Assembly (NCBI GenBank): GCA_030390025.1
Contig: CM059433.1
Coordinates: 4,030,001-4,094,000, forward strand
Direction of reading: 5' to 3'
Source: Squalus acanthias
Lineage: Eukaryota
DNA: 64,000 nt
Shown one piece after another: positions 25,361-38,397 of the stretch (the stretch's first letter is position 1; each line of letters opens with the position of its first letter). Made by a program: the position numbers and the translations under genes. The notes under the pieces were generated by a model. That model was not told where the DNA came from and did no database searches. It saw only the letters and a list, made by a program, of their open reading frames with translations.

Positions 25361-26329
25361 TTTAAATGGCAAAAAACGCACACGCACGAAATTTAGAATG
25401 AGCCCATTAAAGGGGCCGCGCGGCCTAAAAATACATTCGAGGAAACATTGGAAGACAGACCAGTTTCTTAGCTTGCAAACTGCGCCAGACCACTCAGCCA
25501 CATTCACAACACTTTCCCTTCCAACCTAATGGGAAGTTCTCGTTTAAAGAGGGGCTAGTTTGTGGGTGGAACAGAACACTTAACGCATGAGCAATGTTGG
25601 AATCGTCATCCCACTGGAAACAGATTTTTTTTTTCAAAATACACACAACAGTGAGAGATTAGAAATGAATAACATTTCATTTCATCCGGGTTTTCTATTG
25701 ATTTGTACATTGTTGACGTCTTTGTACGGTTTTCTTACATGGTATTTGTGGAAGCGTGCGTTGATACGGATGAGTCTATTGACATAGTTGTGTATTTTTC
25801 AGCAGCATTATACCCGTGAGAACCAGGGTGTTCTCTTGGCAGAGACCATGGGAGGGAGGGGTAGTTGGATGGTGGCTCTCAGGGACTAGCCAACCCTTTC
25901 TTGGAATGGAGTTGCAGTGAGTTGTTTTTCTCGCAGTGCCTGAATTGGAAGGCGGTATATCGTTCTCTGCTCTCATGTCAACCTGCCCCTCCCACTATAG
26001 GGACTTTTTCTTCTATTGGCTGTCTGGCAATGTTTGCAGCTTTAAACAATGAGATACAGAAAGGTCACATTCTTCACAGGAAATGGTGACAATCATTGGA
26101 AATAGCTGAGACGTGACATTAAACCATGGATACACCGTCTACACTCAAACCTTCAGCTCCAGCAAAGAAAATGGTCTCCTCAATGCGTTATGCCTCAGAG
26201 ATACCGCTGCTGTTCCTGCTGCCCCTTACATAGCAGTGGTGGTCTAAGTTTCATCGGGTTTGAGACGGAAGTTGGCGGATGATTGGCCATGCCGACCCAA
26301 CTCCATTTAACCGCAATGGAGCATGCATT

Positions 26330-26435
26330 ACAACAGAGACTCCACTTCAAAAAGTACTTCATTGGCTGTAAAGCGCTTTGAGACGTCCGGTGGTCGTGAA
26401 AGGCGCTATAGAAATGCAAGTCTTTCTTTTCTTTC
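26330..26435 (+). mobile_element. DeuSINE-type SINE 3' end
   Basis: Reverse complement of the 59972-60070 tail. Confidence 0.7.
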
Positions 26436-26964
26436 AAGCTGTGGGCAGGCGCTAAAAGGGGCCTGGCAATCCGGGCGCAGTGTTTCTCCTGGTTGATTTT
26501 AGGCAGTAGGCTTTAAATCTCCATTTAATTCAGTGGAGCACCAAAAACCGTCTGAAAATGGGCGGTAGCTCAAAGCAAAGCCCTCTTGTTCCGCCCTACC
26601 TGGAATGCTAACCTGTAATTTCTGTTTGTAGATACTGATGGACCTGTTTCTTAATTCCAGTATTTTGTGTTTTTATTCTCAGCATGGTTCAAGTTTCACT
26701 CACCCTGTTGGGTTGTTCCTTTCTCTCCCTCTCTCTGTTCTTTGTCTTTTTTCTCTTTTTTTTCTCTTGTTCCTCTATCCCGGTGTTTCTTTCTGTTTGT
26801 CTGTTTCTGTTTCGTTCCGTGTCTCTTTTGTTTCCATCAGTCTTTTCGTATCTCGGTCTTTATACTGTTACATCCAACCACAGTGCACGGGACAACTGAT
26901 GCCAAGGAGCTGCCTTTGGAACAATCTGAGCTGGTATTTCTCAAGCTTTGCAGGATTATCTATT

Positions 26965-27715
26965 GGGGGAGAAATTCATTGTAGCCGTGTTTGGGGCGCT
27001 AACTTAAAAGTTGAAACAATTAGCGCCAGGCGCGAATGTTTTTCAACATTAAAAAAATTTGGTTTCGCGCTCCAGAAAGGAAGTGGATCAAGCGCTAAAT
27101 CAAGCGTCCATTTCCTTCCTGGAGCGCAGCAGGCGGGGCGGTAGGTGAGCAGCGCTGTACAATGGACCGTGCAGCGCTGCCGCGTTGAAAGGCTCCTTCT
27201 CTCCCTTACAGGGAAGGGCCATCGCTGCCGGCTCTGCAAGGGCAAAACTTACCTGGTCCCCGACGGCAGCTGCGATCCGGCCCGATCAGCCCGATGCACT
27301 GCAGCAGAGTGCCGGGCTGATCGAGCGCTGGGGAAGACAAAGGAAAAAAAACCCAGAAAGACCATTTGAGAATTTTTCCCTACCTCGGCCACCTCGCCTT
27401 TAAGTATCGCCCCCGAAGTGCCCGGCCTCCAATGATCGCCTCCTGCAGCCGCCAGTGTTTTCGCCCGGTGATGCTGCAGGGGGCGGGACCGAAGTTCGGG
27501 TCTGGGGCGCTACCGGGGCGATGCGCACGGCAATGACATCACGATCTCCGGGTGAAGGAGATCAGGGCGCAACGCCATACCGCCGCCGCAAACCTCCCGC
27601 CGAATATAGCGGGAGTCGATCTTCTCACCGCGCCCGGTCGGTAAGTGATTAACGCCCCGTTATCGCCCCCCAGAGGCACTAACGGGAGGCGCTAAGATGC
27701 CCAATTTCTAGCCCA
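26965..27715. mobile_element. GC-rich MITE related to 8625-9321
   Basis: Termini GGGGGAGAAATT / AATTTCTAGCCC; shared interior motifs. Confidence 0.65.
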
Positions 27716-27799
27716 GAGTGTCTTGTGGGGCAGATCCTGCTTCTGGGTTATATATTGTGCTCCAAGGTTACGTCGAATGATTCTTGATTTACCAGAGTT

Positions 27800-28120
27800 T
27801 GTCTAGTGGCCATACAACTGGTCATAGGTTTAAATCTCACTGTGACAAATTATGAAACTGAATGCAATAAATTTGGTCATTTATGAGTTAGTATCAAGCA
27901 AATAAAAGTACCAGGAAAGCTGCTAGGTTGTAATAAAAACCCAACTTATTCACTAATGCCTTTCAGGAAAGGGAACCTGCTACCCTTACCTGGTCTGGCT
28001 TCCATGATGTGACCCAGTCCTATACTATGTGGTTAACTCTTAAAGCCCTCAGGGCAGCTCAGAATGGCCAATACATGCTGCCTTACCAATGTCGCCCACA
28101 TCTCAAGAACAAATAAGGAA
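27800..28120 (+). mobile_element. Degenerate SINE sharing head/body and 3' tail with the LINE at 38398-40412
   Basis: atgtggttaactcttaaagccctc matches the LINE 5' region; tail ..gtcgcccacatctcaagaacaaataa matches the LINE 3' end. Confidence 0.6.
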
Positions 28121-29593
28121 AAAAACCTCATTTGCAAGCAATTGCTATTTGGAGCGCCCTGGATATAGCTCACATTGTTTCAGTAACAACACACCTTTTT
28201 AACATCTCACAGAGCATGACAAGGCAAATCTACACATGCTGTGTATGATAATGTAATTGCGCTGGTACATTTCCAAGTTACTATTTGAAGCTGTGTTTCC
28301 TAGAAAGATTAAATAAATAGCATTCTGTGCACCACGCCCAGTGCCTCAGGTGCAAGAAGGCACCTTTTCTCAACTCTTCCTAAACAAATACCTCACACAT
28401 ACTTCTCACCAGGCATTCATTTGCCAAGAATTGTATTTCTACTGAGTCCATTCACTTCAGACAGTTCCTGCTCACAAACACTTTTCTTTATTTATTTGTT
28501 GTTCCAAGTCCAATTTAAGCAGATTTCACTTGTTAAAAGTAAGATTCTGGGGTGCCTGTCTTTGCTGAGTCTTTTCACACTGCTTGACAGACCTTTCCGT
28601 ATTTCAGCACCCACACAACGGCCCGCAATTCCTGGGAAATTTTGGCATAACTGCGGTGGGAGAGTGCTGTTGTGCCACTTTTTTTCCCAAGGAAATTGGC
28701 GTGCAACTGATTTCTGCCACTTTTACACTGAGACATTGCTGCATGTGAATTTCCTCAATCGCTCCCTCGGCCTCGGAGGAACGTCGGCCGAATTCCTCCG
28801 CTGCTCATTTACCTAGCTCCGCCCCCACCCCGTGCGAAAGACCAGCTCACGTGGTTTTTCTGTATTCACGCGAATAATACGCTGGCCTAGATTAACACCC
28901 AAACATTTAGGAGCAGCACGGCTCGAAGTCCCCCCTCCCCCCTGTAAATGAGATTTGGGAAGTTTTGAAGTTTGATTGACACTGGTGCCGTCTGACCTCC
29001 CTGACACGCCTTCATTGGTTCCGACTGCAGGATATTCCCCGCTTTTCTTCGAACAGCGCCAAGACAGCTTTCGTGCCCACCTGAGAATGTAGGCAGGGCT
29101 TCGGTTTAACACCTCATTTGAAACACGAGTTATTTGAAGGGCCTCTATCTGGAATGAAGAGTAAGGGATTGCAGCTGCACCCCTGCTGTGCAATAGAGGG
29201 CTGCGAATGTTTCATGGCCATATTTACAGACGGTGCCCTTGAGGTGATGCTGCGTGCAGTGAGGCAAAGGAGCTACGCCCTCGCTCGCAATGCTGCTCAG
29301 CAGTTTCCGATCTGAGGATACAGACTGCGACATGTATGTTTGGGACAGATACTTGCACTGGGATGGTGCTGGGCAACAATTGCCGTGGCATTTTTCCTCA
29401 GGTTTTGCCATCTACACCCACATTTGCTGCGTGATCTTCTGGGTGTTGCAGAGAACAATCACCCCGCCCCCGGCTCTCTTTGGCCGGGCAGTTCGGATGA
29501 TTTGACAGGAGCTCGGTGGGAACGTTGCCTCCTTGCTCAGTACTCTGCCATCATTGCCAGTTAGCTATCCCTGGGGCTGTATATATGACTATA

Positions 29594-30008
29594 CATACGG
29601 ATACATACATACGAATTAGGAGCAGGAGTAGGCCACTCGGCCCCCCGAGCCTGTTCCGCCATTCAATAAGATCATGGCTGATCTGATTGCTCCACATTCC
29701 CGCCTACCCCCGATAACCTTTCACCCCCTTGCTTATCAAGAATCTATCTACCACTGCCTTAAAAATATTCAAAGACTCTGCTTCCACCGCCCTCTGAGGA
29801 AGAGAGTTCCAAAGACTCACGACCCTCTGTGAGAAAAAATTTCTCCTCATCTCTGTCTTAAATGGGCGACCCCTTATTTTTAAACAGTGACCCCTAGTTC
29901 TAGATTCTCCCACAAGAGGAAACATCCTCTCCACATCCACCCTGTCCAGACCCCTCAGGATCTTATATGTTTCAATCAAGTCACCTCTTACTCTTCTAAA
30001 CTCCAGTG
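29594..30008 (-). mobile_element. CR1 LINE 3' fragment
   Basis: ORF 29704..29979; (TATG)n tail. Confidence 0.9.
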
Positions 30009-30219
30009 GACTAGTGGTATAATTATGGGTGTGGGCAGTCTGGAACTGGTACCATCTGATCTCTCTGACACACCTTCTTTGTTCTCCTTCACCCTCTTGT
30101 CTGAAGTCCTACAATGGTGGAGCACTGAAAGCTATTCCAACATCTTTAAATGGAATGGCAGAAATATAAATTGAGAGGTCGCACAACACCAGGTTATAGT
30201 CCAACAGTTTTATTTGAAA

Positions 30220-30257
30220 TCACAAGCTTTCGGAACTATCGCTCCTTCCTCAGGTGA
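30220..30257 (-). ncRNA. Minimal hammerhead ribozyme (PLE family A)
   Basis: Reverse complement of 34124-34161. Confidence 0.8.
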
Positions 30258-30595
30258 AGTAAATTGGATACAGAATCGTCAGAGCATATATAGATGGAAA
30301 AAAAAGCATGTGTACTTTACAATTGCAGACCAATAAATTAAATCATCCTGACTATCTGCCGAGGTGTGATAAAGTTAGTTAAGTCAGCCAGGAAGGTACC
30401 ACATCAAAAGACATAGCAAGATACAACTGAGACAATGAGGTGAAGTCGCAGGGGTTCTAACGTGTCAAAAGCTGCCGTCTGTATGTAAAACGAAAAGCTT
30501 TAAAAAAAAAAAAATTTACTTTTTTACTGGGAAAATTTTTACTTTTTTACTGGGAATCACATCTGTGAACAAGCTAACGACGACTCGAGTCCGGA

Positions 30596-32704
30596 TCACG
30601 TCATGTATCGTGACATAAACCCAAGATCCCGATTGAGACCGTCTTCATGAGTGCAGAACTTGGCTATCAGTTTCTGCTCGATGATTTTGCGTTGTCGTGT
30701 GTTTCTAAGGTTGCCTTGGAGAACGCTTACCCGCAGATCCGAGGCTGAATGTCCTTGACTGCTGAAGTGTTCCCCGACTGGGAGGTAACAATCCTGCCTG
30801 GCGATTGTTGCGCGGTGCTCGTTCATACGTTGTCTCAGTGTCTGCATGGTCTCGCCGATGTACCATGCCGCGGTGCATTCTTTCCTGCAACGTATGAGGT
30901 AGACAACGTTGGCCGAGTCACATGAGTATGTACCATGTACCTGGTGGGTAGTGTCCTCACGTGTGATGGTGGTATCTGTGTTGATGATCTGGCATGTCTT
31001 GCAGAGTTTGCCATGGCAGGGTTGTGTGGTGTCGTGGTCGCTGTTATCCTGAAAGCTGGGTAATTTGCTGCGAACGATGGTACTTCTGAGGTTAGGCGGC
31101 TGTTTGAAGGCAAGTAGTGGAGGCGTGGGGATGGCCTTAGCGAGGTGTTTGTCGTCATCGATGACATGTTGAAGGCTGCGAAGAACATGTCGTAGTTTCT
31201 CCGCTCCGGGGAAGTACTGGACGACGTAGGGTACCCTGTTGGTTGTGTCCCGTGTTTGCCTTCTGAGGAGGTCTATGCGATTTTTCGCTGTGGCCCGTCG
31301 GAACTGTCGATCGATGAGTCGAGCGTCATATCCCGTTCTTACGAGGGCGTTTTTCAGCGTCCGTAGGTGTCCATCGCGTTCCTCCTCGTCTGAGCAGATC
31401 CTGTGTATTCGCAGGGCTTGTCCATAGGGGATGGCTTCTTTAACATGGTTAGGGTGGAAGCTGGAGAAGTGGAGCATCGTGAGGTTGTCCGTGGGCTTGC
31501 GGTAGAGTGAAGTGCTGAGGTGTCCGTCTTTGATGGAGATTCGTGTGTCCAGGAATGAGACCGATTCTGAGGAGTAGTCCATGGTGAGTTTGATGGTGGG
31601 ATGGAACTTGTTTATGTTATCGTGTAGTCTTTTCAGTGATCCTTCGCCATGGGTCCAAAGGAAGAAAATGTCGTCGATGTATCTGGTGTACAGCGTTGGC
31701 TGGAGGTCCTGTGCAGCGAAGAAGTCTTGCTCGAACTTGTGCATGAAGATGTTGGCGTATTGGGGTGCGAATTTGGTCCCCATGGCTGTTCCGTGTGTTT
31801 GGGTAAAAAAATGGTTGTCGAAGGTGAAGACATTGTGGTCAAGGATGAAGCGGATGAGTTGTAGGATGGCGTCTGGAGATTGGCTGTTGTTGATGTTGAG
31901 TACTGAGGCTGTTGCAGCGATGCCGTCATCGTGGGGGATACTGGTGTAGAGTGCCGATACGTCCATCGTGGCAAGGAGTGTTCCTGGTTCAACTGGTCCG
32001 TGGGTGCTGAGTTTCTGTAAGAAGTCTGTAGTGTCGCGACAGAAGCTGGGGGTTCCCTGTACGATGGGTTTCAGAATGCCCTCGACGTATCCAGAGAGGT
32101 TCTCACACAGGGTTCCATTGCCTGATACGATAGGACGTCCGGGTGTGTTGGCTTTGTGTATCTTTGGGAGGCAGTAGAAGTCTCCCACGCGGGGAGTACG
32201 TGGGATGAGAGCGCGTAGGATGTTTTGAAGGTCTGGATCGAAGGTCTTGATCAGTCTATTGAGTTGGCGGGTGTGTTCTTTGGTCGGATCTGCGGGTAGC
32301 TGTCTGTAGTGTTCCTGGTTGTCCAGTTGTCGGTAGGCTTCTTTACAATAGTCCGTTCTGTTCTGTATGACGATGGCTCCTCCTTTGTCCGCTGGTTTGA
32401 TGACAATGTTGCGGTTGGTCTTGAGAGCGTGGATGGCGTTGCGTTGTGCTCGGGTGACATTCTGGACTGTCTTGTGAGTGCGGCTGATGAATCTGGCGTT
32501 GATGCATTTCCTGACAGCTTGAGCATACATGTCAAGCTTGGGGCAGCGACCCTCCGGAGGGGTCCAGTTTGACTCTTTTTTCTTCGGTTGCTGCACTGCG
32601 AGTCCCTCTGTCTGCTGTTCTGGATCATTGATTGTCTCATTGGGTTTGTTGCTGACATCTTGGGATTTGTGGAAGTATTCCCGGAGCCTCATTCTCCTGA
32701 TGAA
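30596..32704 (-). CDS. PLE polyprotein, 5'-truncated: RT + Cys linker + GIY-YIG endonuclease
   Basis: IKPADKGG, LPKIHK, GRPIVS, MDVSALYTSIP, GTAMG, RYIDDIF, CHGKLCKTC, NVVYLIRC..WYIGET; no stops. The first 14 aa of the called 716-aa ORF come from the opposite arm. Confidence 0.93.
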   Translation of the reverse strand, partial: FIRRMRLREYFHKSQDVSNKPNETINDPEQQTEGLAVQQPKKKESNWTPPEGRCPKLDMYAQAVRKCINARFISRTHKTVQNVTRAQRNAIHALKTNRNIVIKPADKGGAIVIQNRTDYCKEAYRQLDNQEHYRQLPADPTKEHTRQLNRLIKTFDPDLQNILRALIPRTPRVGDFYCLPKIHKANTPGRPIVSGNGTLCENLSGYVEGILKPIVQGTPSFCRDTTDFLQKLSTHGPVEPGTLLATMDVSALYTSIPHDDGIAATASVLNINNSQSPDAILQLIRFILDHNVFTFDNHFFTQTHGTAMGTKFAPQYANIFMHKFEQDFFAAQDLQPTLYTRYIDDIFFLWTHGEGSLKRLHDNINKFHPTIKLTMDYSSESVSFLDTRISIKDGHLSTSLYRKPTDNLTMLHFSSFHPNHVKEAIPYGQALRIHRICSDEEERDGHLRTLKNALVRTGYDARLIDRQFRRATAKNRIDLLRRQTRDTTNRVPYVVQYFPGAEKLRHVLRSLQHVIDDDKHLAKAIPTPPLLAFKQPPNLRSTIVRSKLPSFQDNSDHDTTQPCHGKLCKTCQIINTDTTITREDTTHQVHGTYSCDSANVVYLIRCRKECTAAWYIGETMQTLRQRMNEHRATIARQDCYLPVGEHFSSQGHSASDLRVSVLQGNLRNTRQRKIIEQKLIAKFCTHEDGLNRDLGFMSRYMT

Positions 32705-33786
32705 TCGACGACATTTTCTTCCTTTGGACCCATGGCGAAGGATCACTGAAAAGACTACACGATAACATAAACAAGTTCCATCCCACCATCAAACTCACCA
32801 TGGACTACTCCTCAGAATCGGTCTCATTCCTGGACACACGAATCTCCATCAAAGACGGACACCTCAGCACTTCACTCTACCGCAAGCCCACGGACAACCT
32901 CACGATGCTCCACTTCTCCAGCTTCCACCCTAACCATGTTAAAGAAGCCATCCCCTATGGACAAGCCCTGCGAATACACAGGATCTGCTCAGACGAGGAG
33001 GAACGCGATGGACACCTACGGACGCTGAAAAACGCCCTCGTAAGAACGGGATATGACGCTCGACTCATCGATCGACAGTTCCGACGGGCCACAGCGAAAA
33101 ATCGCATAGACCTCCTCAGAAGGCAAACACGGGACACAACCAACAGGGTACCCTACGTCGTCCAGTACTTCCCCGGAGCGGAGAAACTACGACATGTTCT
33201 TCGCAGCCTTCAACATGTCATCGATGACGACAAACACCTCGCTAAGGCCATCCCCACGCCTCCACTACTTGCCTTCAAACAGCCGCCTAACCTCAGAAGT
33301 ACCATCGTTCGCAGCAAATTACCCAGCTTTCAGGATAACAGCGACCACGACACCACACAACCCTGCCATGGCAAACTCTGCAAGACATGCCAGATCATCA
33401 ACACAGATACCACCATCACACGTGAGGACACTACCCACCAGGTACATGGTACATACTCATGTGACTCGGCCAACGTTGTCTACCTCATACGTTGCAGGAA
33501 AGAATGCACCGCGGCATGGTACATCGGCGAGACCATGCAGACACTGAGACAACGTATGAACGAGCACCGCGCAACAATCGCCAGGCAGGATTGTTACCTC
33601 CCAGTCGGGGAACACTTCAGCAGTCAAGGACATTCAGCCTCGGATCTGCGGGTAAGCGTTCTCCAAGGCAACCTTAGAAACACACGACAACGCAAAATCA
33701 TCGAGCAGAAACTGATAGCCAAGTTCTGCACTCATGAAGACGGTCTCAATCGGGATCTTGGGTTTATGTCACGATACATGACGTGA
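32704..33786 (+). pseudogene. Inverted duplicate of the PLE ORF 3' half (from IDDIFF through GIY-YIG)
   Basis: 328-aa ORF identical to the C-terminus of the minus-strand ORF. Confidence 0.92.
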
Positions 33787-34123
33787 TCCGGACTCGAGTC
33801 GTCGTTAGCTTGTTCACAGATGTGATTCCCAGTAAAAAAGTAAAAATTTTCCCAGTAAAAAAGTAAATTTTTTTTTTTTAAAGCTTTTCGTTTTACATAC
33901 AGACGGCAGCTTTTGACACGTTAGAACCCCTGTGACTTCACCTCATTGTCTCAGTTGTATCTTGCTATGTCTTTTGATGTGGTACCTTCCTGGCTGACTT
34001 AATTAACTTTATCACACCTCGGCAGATAGTCAGGATGATTTAATTTATTGGTCTGCAATTGTAAAGTACACATGCTTTTTTTTCCATCTATATATGCTCT
34101 GACGATTCTGTATCCAATTTACT

Positions 34124-34161
34124 TCACCTGAGGAAGGAGCGATAGTTCCGAAAGCTTGTGA
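34124..34161 (+). ncRNA. Minimal hammerhead ribozyme (PLE family A)
   Basis: TCAC-CTGAGGA-a-GGAGC-gata-GTTCC-GAAA-GC-TT-GTGA (G-U pair in stem II). Confidence 0.82.
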
Positions 34162-34366
34162 TTTCAAATAAAACTGTTGGACTATAACCTGGTGTTGTGC
34201 GACCTCTCAATTTTGTCCACCCCAGTCCAACACCGGCATCTCCGCATCATGAGAAATATAAATGACAGGGTACCTTTAAGTGATCTCTTCCTGACAGGCG
34301 ATAAATTTGCTGGTAAAATAAGGAAATTGTGGGCTGCCTCATTATGCCAGATGTGAATAATCTTTA

Positions 34367-34541
34367 CAAAAAGAAAATACTGCGGGTGCTGGAAATCTGA
34401 AATAAAAACAGAAAATGCTGGAGATACTCAGCAGGTCAGGCAGCATCTGTGAAGAGAGAAACAGAGTTAACGTTTCAGGTCGATGACCTTTCGTCAGAAC
34501 TGGAAAAAAGCAGGAAATGGAACAGATTTTTAAGCAAGTGT
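34367..34541 (-). mobile_element. PLE family B 3'-end insertion with tail
   Basis: 10-bp TSD ATAATCTTTA at 34357-34366 and 34542-34551. Confidence 0.82.
34465..34501 (-). ncRNA. Minimal hammerhead ribozyme (PLE family B)
   Basis: Reverse complement: AGTT-CTGACGA-a-AGGTC-atc-GACCT-GAAA-CG-TT-AACT. Confidence 0.83.
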
Positions 34542-35197
34542 ATAATCTTTAGCTGCCTCTTGAAGCTCTTGCACATTATTTGCAAGCGAGAGTTCCACTG
34601 ATGTCGAACCACATCAAAAACCCTGCACAAAGCAGGTGGTGAGGACTCTGCAACCTGTGATTCCCCAGCCCTCACTCACCCAGATCCTGCCAGCGAAAGC
34701 TCTTCGACAACCCCTCAAATTACATTAATTAAAGAAGCTTTCAGTCGTTAAATGCCCATTCGCTAACCACCTTAACGTGCGCGCTAATGCACGCTACCCA
34801 GGAAGCTGCCATGATGCTTTTTATGACCAGCTTAAGAGGCCGAGGCAGAGACCTGGGAGCACGTTGCCCACCAATACGTTGCTTTGTGAGAATCCTAAGG
34901 CCATAGTGGAGGGCAACACCAAGATTGTAAAGAGTAGGAGAGAAGTTAGGGTAAGTCAGTAATGAGTGCCTGGGATACACCTGGGCTTTAAAAGACTGTA
35001 GATTGTAGGAGGAAGGAAAGGCTGAGGCAGATAAGGAGGTCAGGAGTTTTGAGGTCCAGCCAAAGGATTAGTTAAGAGTAGAAAACTGTGCAATGAGCCT
35101 TGATTTAAACACAGTGTAGATGCAGAGAGGAGGAAGAGCATGTAACTTGACCCATTGAAGCATAAGAGGAATGGGAGAGTTCTTTCTATGACTGGGA

Positions 35198-35256
35198 ATG
35201 CTGCAAGATATGGGGAACGCTGCAAGATATGGGGAACGCTGTAAGATATGGGGAAA
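35198..35256. repeat. Three tandem copies of a 19-bp unit (gctgcaagatatggggaac)
   Basis: Directly visible. Confidence 0.85.
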
Positions 35257-35585
35257 CCCAGCAATAGAACATTTAAAATGGGGGCCAAAAAAAGTTGCAG
35301 TTCAATTTTTGATGAAACGTTACTCCCTCTTGTGGTCTTTGTCTTTGATCTCACCATCGTGTTTCTCACATCTTTTTTCTTGGCCTTGCCTTATCAGGAT
35401 CAAAATTCTCATATCTAGCAGCATCACCTCTTTATATCACACACCGAGAACAATTCAAATGACGGAATGCTTTTCACAGGGTCCTGAAGCTGCACCCAGC
35501 AATTATACAAGATTTGAACTTATTTTTATTTGAATGATCGTTCACCATTTTAATATAGAGGACATAGTACACTTGTTAATGCATT

Positions 35586-36048
35586 TATAAGAACATAAGA
35601 ACATAAGACGTAGGAGCAGGTGTAGGCCATTCGGCCCCTCGAGCCTACTCCGCCATTCAATAAGATCATGACTGATCTGATCTTGGCCTCAACTCCACTT
35701 CCCTGCCCACTCCCCATAACCCCTGACTCCCTTATCGTTCAAAAATCTGTCTATCTCCACCTTAAATATATTCAATGACCCAGCCTCCACAGCTCTCTGG
35801 GGAAGAGAATTCCAAAGATTCAAGACCGTCTGAGAGAAGAAATTCCTCCTCATTTCCGTTTTAAAAGGGTGCCCCCTTATTCTGAAATTATGACCCCTAG
35901 TTCTAGATTCCCCCACGAGGGGAAACATCCTCCCCGCATCCACCCTGTCAAGCCCCTTCAGAATCTTATATGTTTCAATAATATCCCCTCTCATTCTTCT
36001 AAACTCCAATGAGTATAGGTCCAACCTGCTCAACCTTTCTTCATAAGA
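35586..36048 (-). mobile_element. CR1 LINE 3' fragment
   Basis: ORF 35689..36105; (CATAAGAA)n tail. Confidence 0.92.
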
Positions 36049-36639
36049 CTTATAGGTGGGATTCTTTAGTCGGTCACTATTTGTAAACCATATGATGCCT
36101 GTCACACTTCAGTGGTTCAGTTCTGCTTGATTTGAACCACTAAAAGTCAGTCGAACCTGAGAATGAGCTAAACATTTTTCAAATATTCCCCAACTCCCAC
36201 TAGTAAACAGTCTAAATACTAAATCAATGCCATAGTATATTACAGCATTTAACCTTGGAAACCAAATATGACTCCATGATATCAACATGCAAACACAATG
36301 GATTTGTTTATCATTAATTTGTATGCTTTTTCAACAGAGGTGCTAACCCATTTATTTTAAATCAGTTGATGTTTCTGTTAGAATAGTGGAGAGTGTAATT
36401 TCATATGAACATGGAAAGAATGAAAACTCTCGTATCACACAATGTCATTCTAGGGTATCATCAACACGAACATTAAACAGAAGAAAAAAAGAAAACTATT
36501 TTTCCTTCCTTCTTTCCTCCGTTAAGCTTCATGGGGTTCAATTTCTGCATGGATTCTCCAGCTCATCAACCATAGCTTCGGCGGAAGAGCAGTGGAAACC
36601 CAGGAAAAACTCTTTTTAATGTTGTCTTTTTGTTTACAT

Positions 36640-37200
36640 ACATGGGATTACATTACATCGGTTATACGGCACAGAAACAGGCCATTCGGCTCAACCAGTT
36701 TCATGCCGGCGTTTATGCTCCACTCGAGCCTCCTCCCTTCTTTCCTCATCTATCAGCGTAACCCTCTATTTTCCTTCTCCCTCATCTGCTTGTCTAGCCT
36801 CCCCTTAAATGCATCCATACTATTCGCTTCAACCACTCCCTGTGGTAGCGAGTTCCACATTCTCACCACTCTTTGGGTAAAGAAGTTTCTTCTGAATCCC
36901 CTATTGGATTTCTTGGTGACTATCTTATATTGATGGCCTCTAGTTATGCTCTTCCCCACAAGTAGAAACATTCTCTCTGTATCCAGTCTATCAAAACCTT
37001 TCATAATTTTAAAGACCTCTATTAGGTCACCCCTCAGCCTTCTTTTTTCAAGAGAAAAGAGACCCAGCCTGTTCATCCTTTCCTGAAATGTATACCCTTG
37101 CATTTCTGGTATCATCCTTGTAAATCTTCTCTGCACCCTCTCCAGTGCCTCTATATCCTTTTTATAATATGGCAACCAGAACTGTACGCAGTACTCTAAC
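36640..37200 (-). mobile_element. CR1 LINE 3' fragment (second subfamily)
   Basis: LEYCVQFW..KKDIEALERVQRRFTRMIP..RNFFTQRVV. Confidence 0.9.
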
Positions 37201-38066
37201 TGTTGAACCCCGATGGAAATTAAACACCACCCATACACTACCATGAAGTGTCTGGAAATTAATTGAATTGGATGACTATGGCTCCTATGAAGTGCCCAGT
37301 TTGGATATGTATTAATTTTTGGTCTTGGTTCAGCATTCACCTCTGTTAGTCACTTCTGGGGCCCAAGTGCTGGTTGCTAAGATTATCATAAATACATGGA
37401 GCGTGCACTAGGTATCTAATCAGCACAGCAAGAGCTTTATTAATTTTATCATAGGCGAATAGCATCTTTAGACTGATGTAATGTGATCATCTTTAATTTT
37501 AATGGAAACATACCAGACTCAATGACTGTTATAACTATTGCATTTTATTGTCTTCACAAACCAATTTGTTTTTACCACCACGTATTTTTGAAGATGAGTT
37601 TAGGCTTGTGAAGACAAAAGGTTTAAACAAATTACAGTAGCTGGGTAAAGGTTGGAGTTGAGATCCGACCTCCATTCAGTCTTTTGAATCTTTTTTCCAT
37701 ACCGTTTCATTATGCTGTTCTTTTGATGTGCTGTGAGGGGGTGGTGACTCAGTCCGATGTTTTTTGAATGCTGGCTTACGTGTCTGTCACAGTCCATCGT
37801 ATTGCCTGCAGGCTCACAGTAAACATCCCACCCTGTACTGTTTTACCTTTTTGTTGTGTTTGAAGCACAATGTGAGCAGCCGCAGCAGTGAACAAACACA
37901 AGATGCACTCAACCTGATGTCTGGTGATCAGTAAGCCCGTCTGATTTGCCTTGACATTTATCTGTGCCTTGATAATACTGACTCACCCAGCCATCCTCTT
38001 TGTTTATATTGCTGAATTGGATGGTGATGCGAAATATAGTAGCAGTTTTGTTAAACTCAGCAAAAT

Positions 38067-38232
38067 CAATATTCAGGACAGAGATCGATAGATTTTTGGA
38101 TATTAAGGGAATCAAGGGATATGGGGATAGTGCAGGAAAGTGGAGATGAGGTAGAAGATCAGCCATGATCTTATTGAATGGCGGAGCAGGCTCGAGGGGC
38201 CGAATGGCCGACTCCTATTTCTTATGTTCTTA
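38067..38232 (+). mobile_element. CR1 3' end
   Basis: Near-identical to 59310-59480. Confidence 0.85.
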
Positions 38233-38397
38233 TATATACATTATAAATAATATTATCGTACTAAAATGGCAGCAAATTTTGATAACTAGAGCTCTTAAAA
38301 TTGTTTCATCAATGTTATTAAGTGAATTGCAACTTCCAACTCATATCTTTTTACTGTTTTCTGTTGTTTCCATCTCATTACGACTTCTCTAAAAGAG

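Larger units (their letters stand above)
30172..34251. mobile_element. Young head-to-head PLE family A insertion with ~1.5-kb near-perfect inverted repeat
   Basis: Minus arm 30172-32703, plus arm 32704-34251; TSD AGAAATATAAAT at 30160-30171 and 34252-34263. Confidence 0.95.

Noticed and set aside
25004..25396. ORFs with GSPAH/RLTG repeats
   Set aside because: Translation of a 7/8-bp microsatellite
26638..27144. Hydrophobic membrane-protein-like ORFs
   Set aside because: Result of a pyrimidine-rich tract running into a MITE
30596..32746. 716-aa ORF as a complete gene starting MILRHGSKG
   Set aside because: The N-terminal 14 aa are antisense sequence of the opposite arm; the real PLE ORF is 5'-truncated at ~32704
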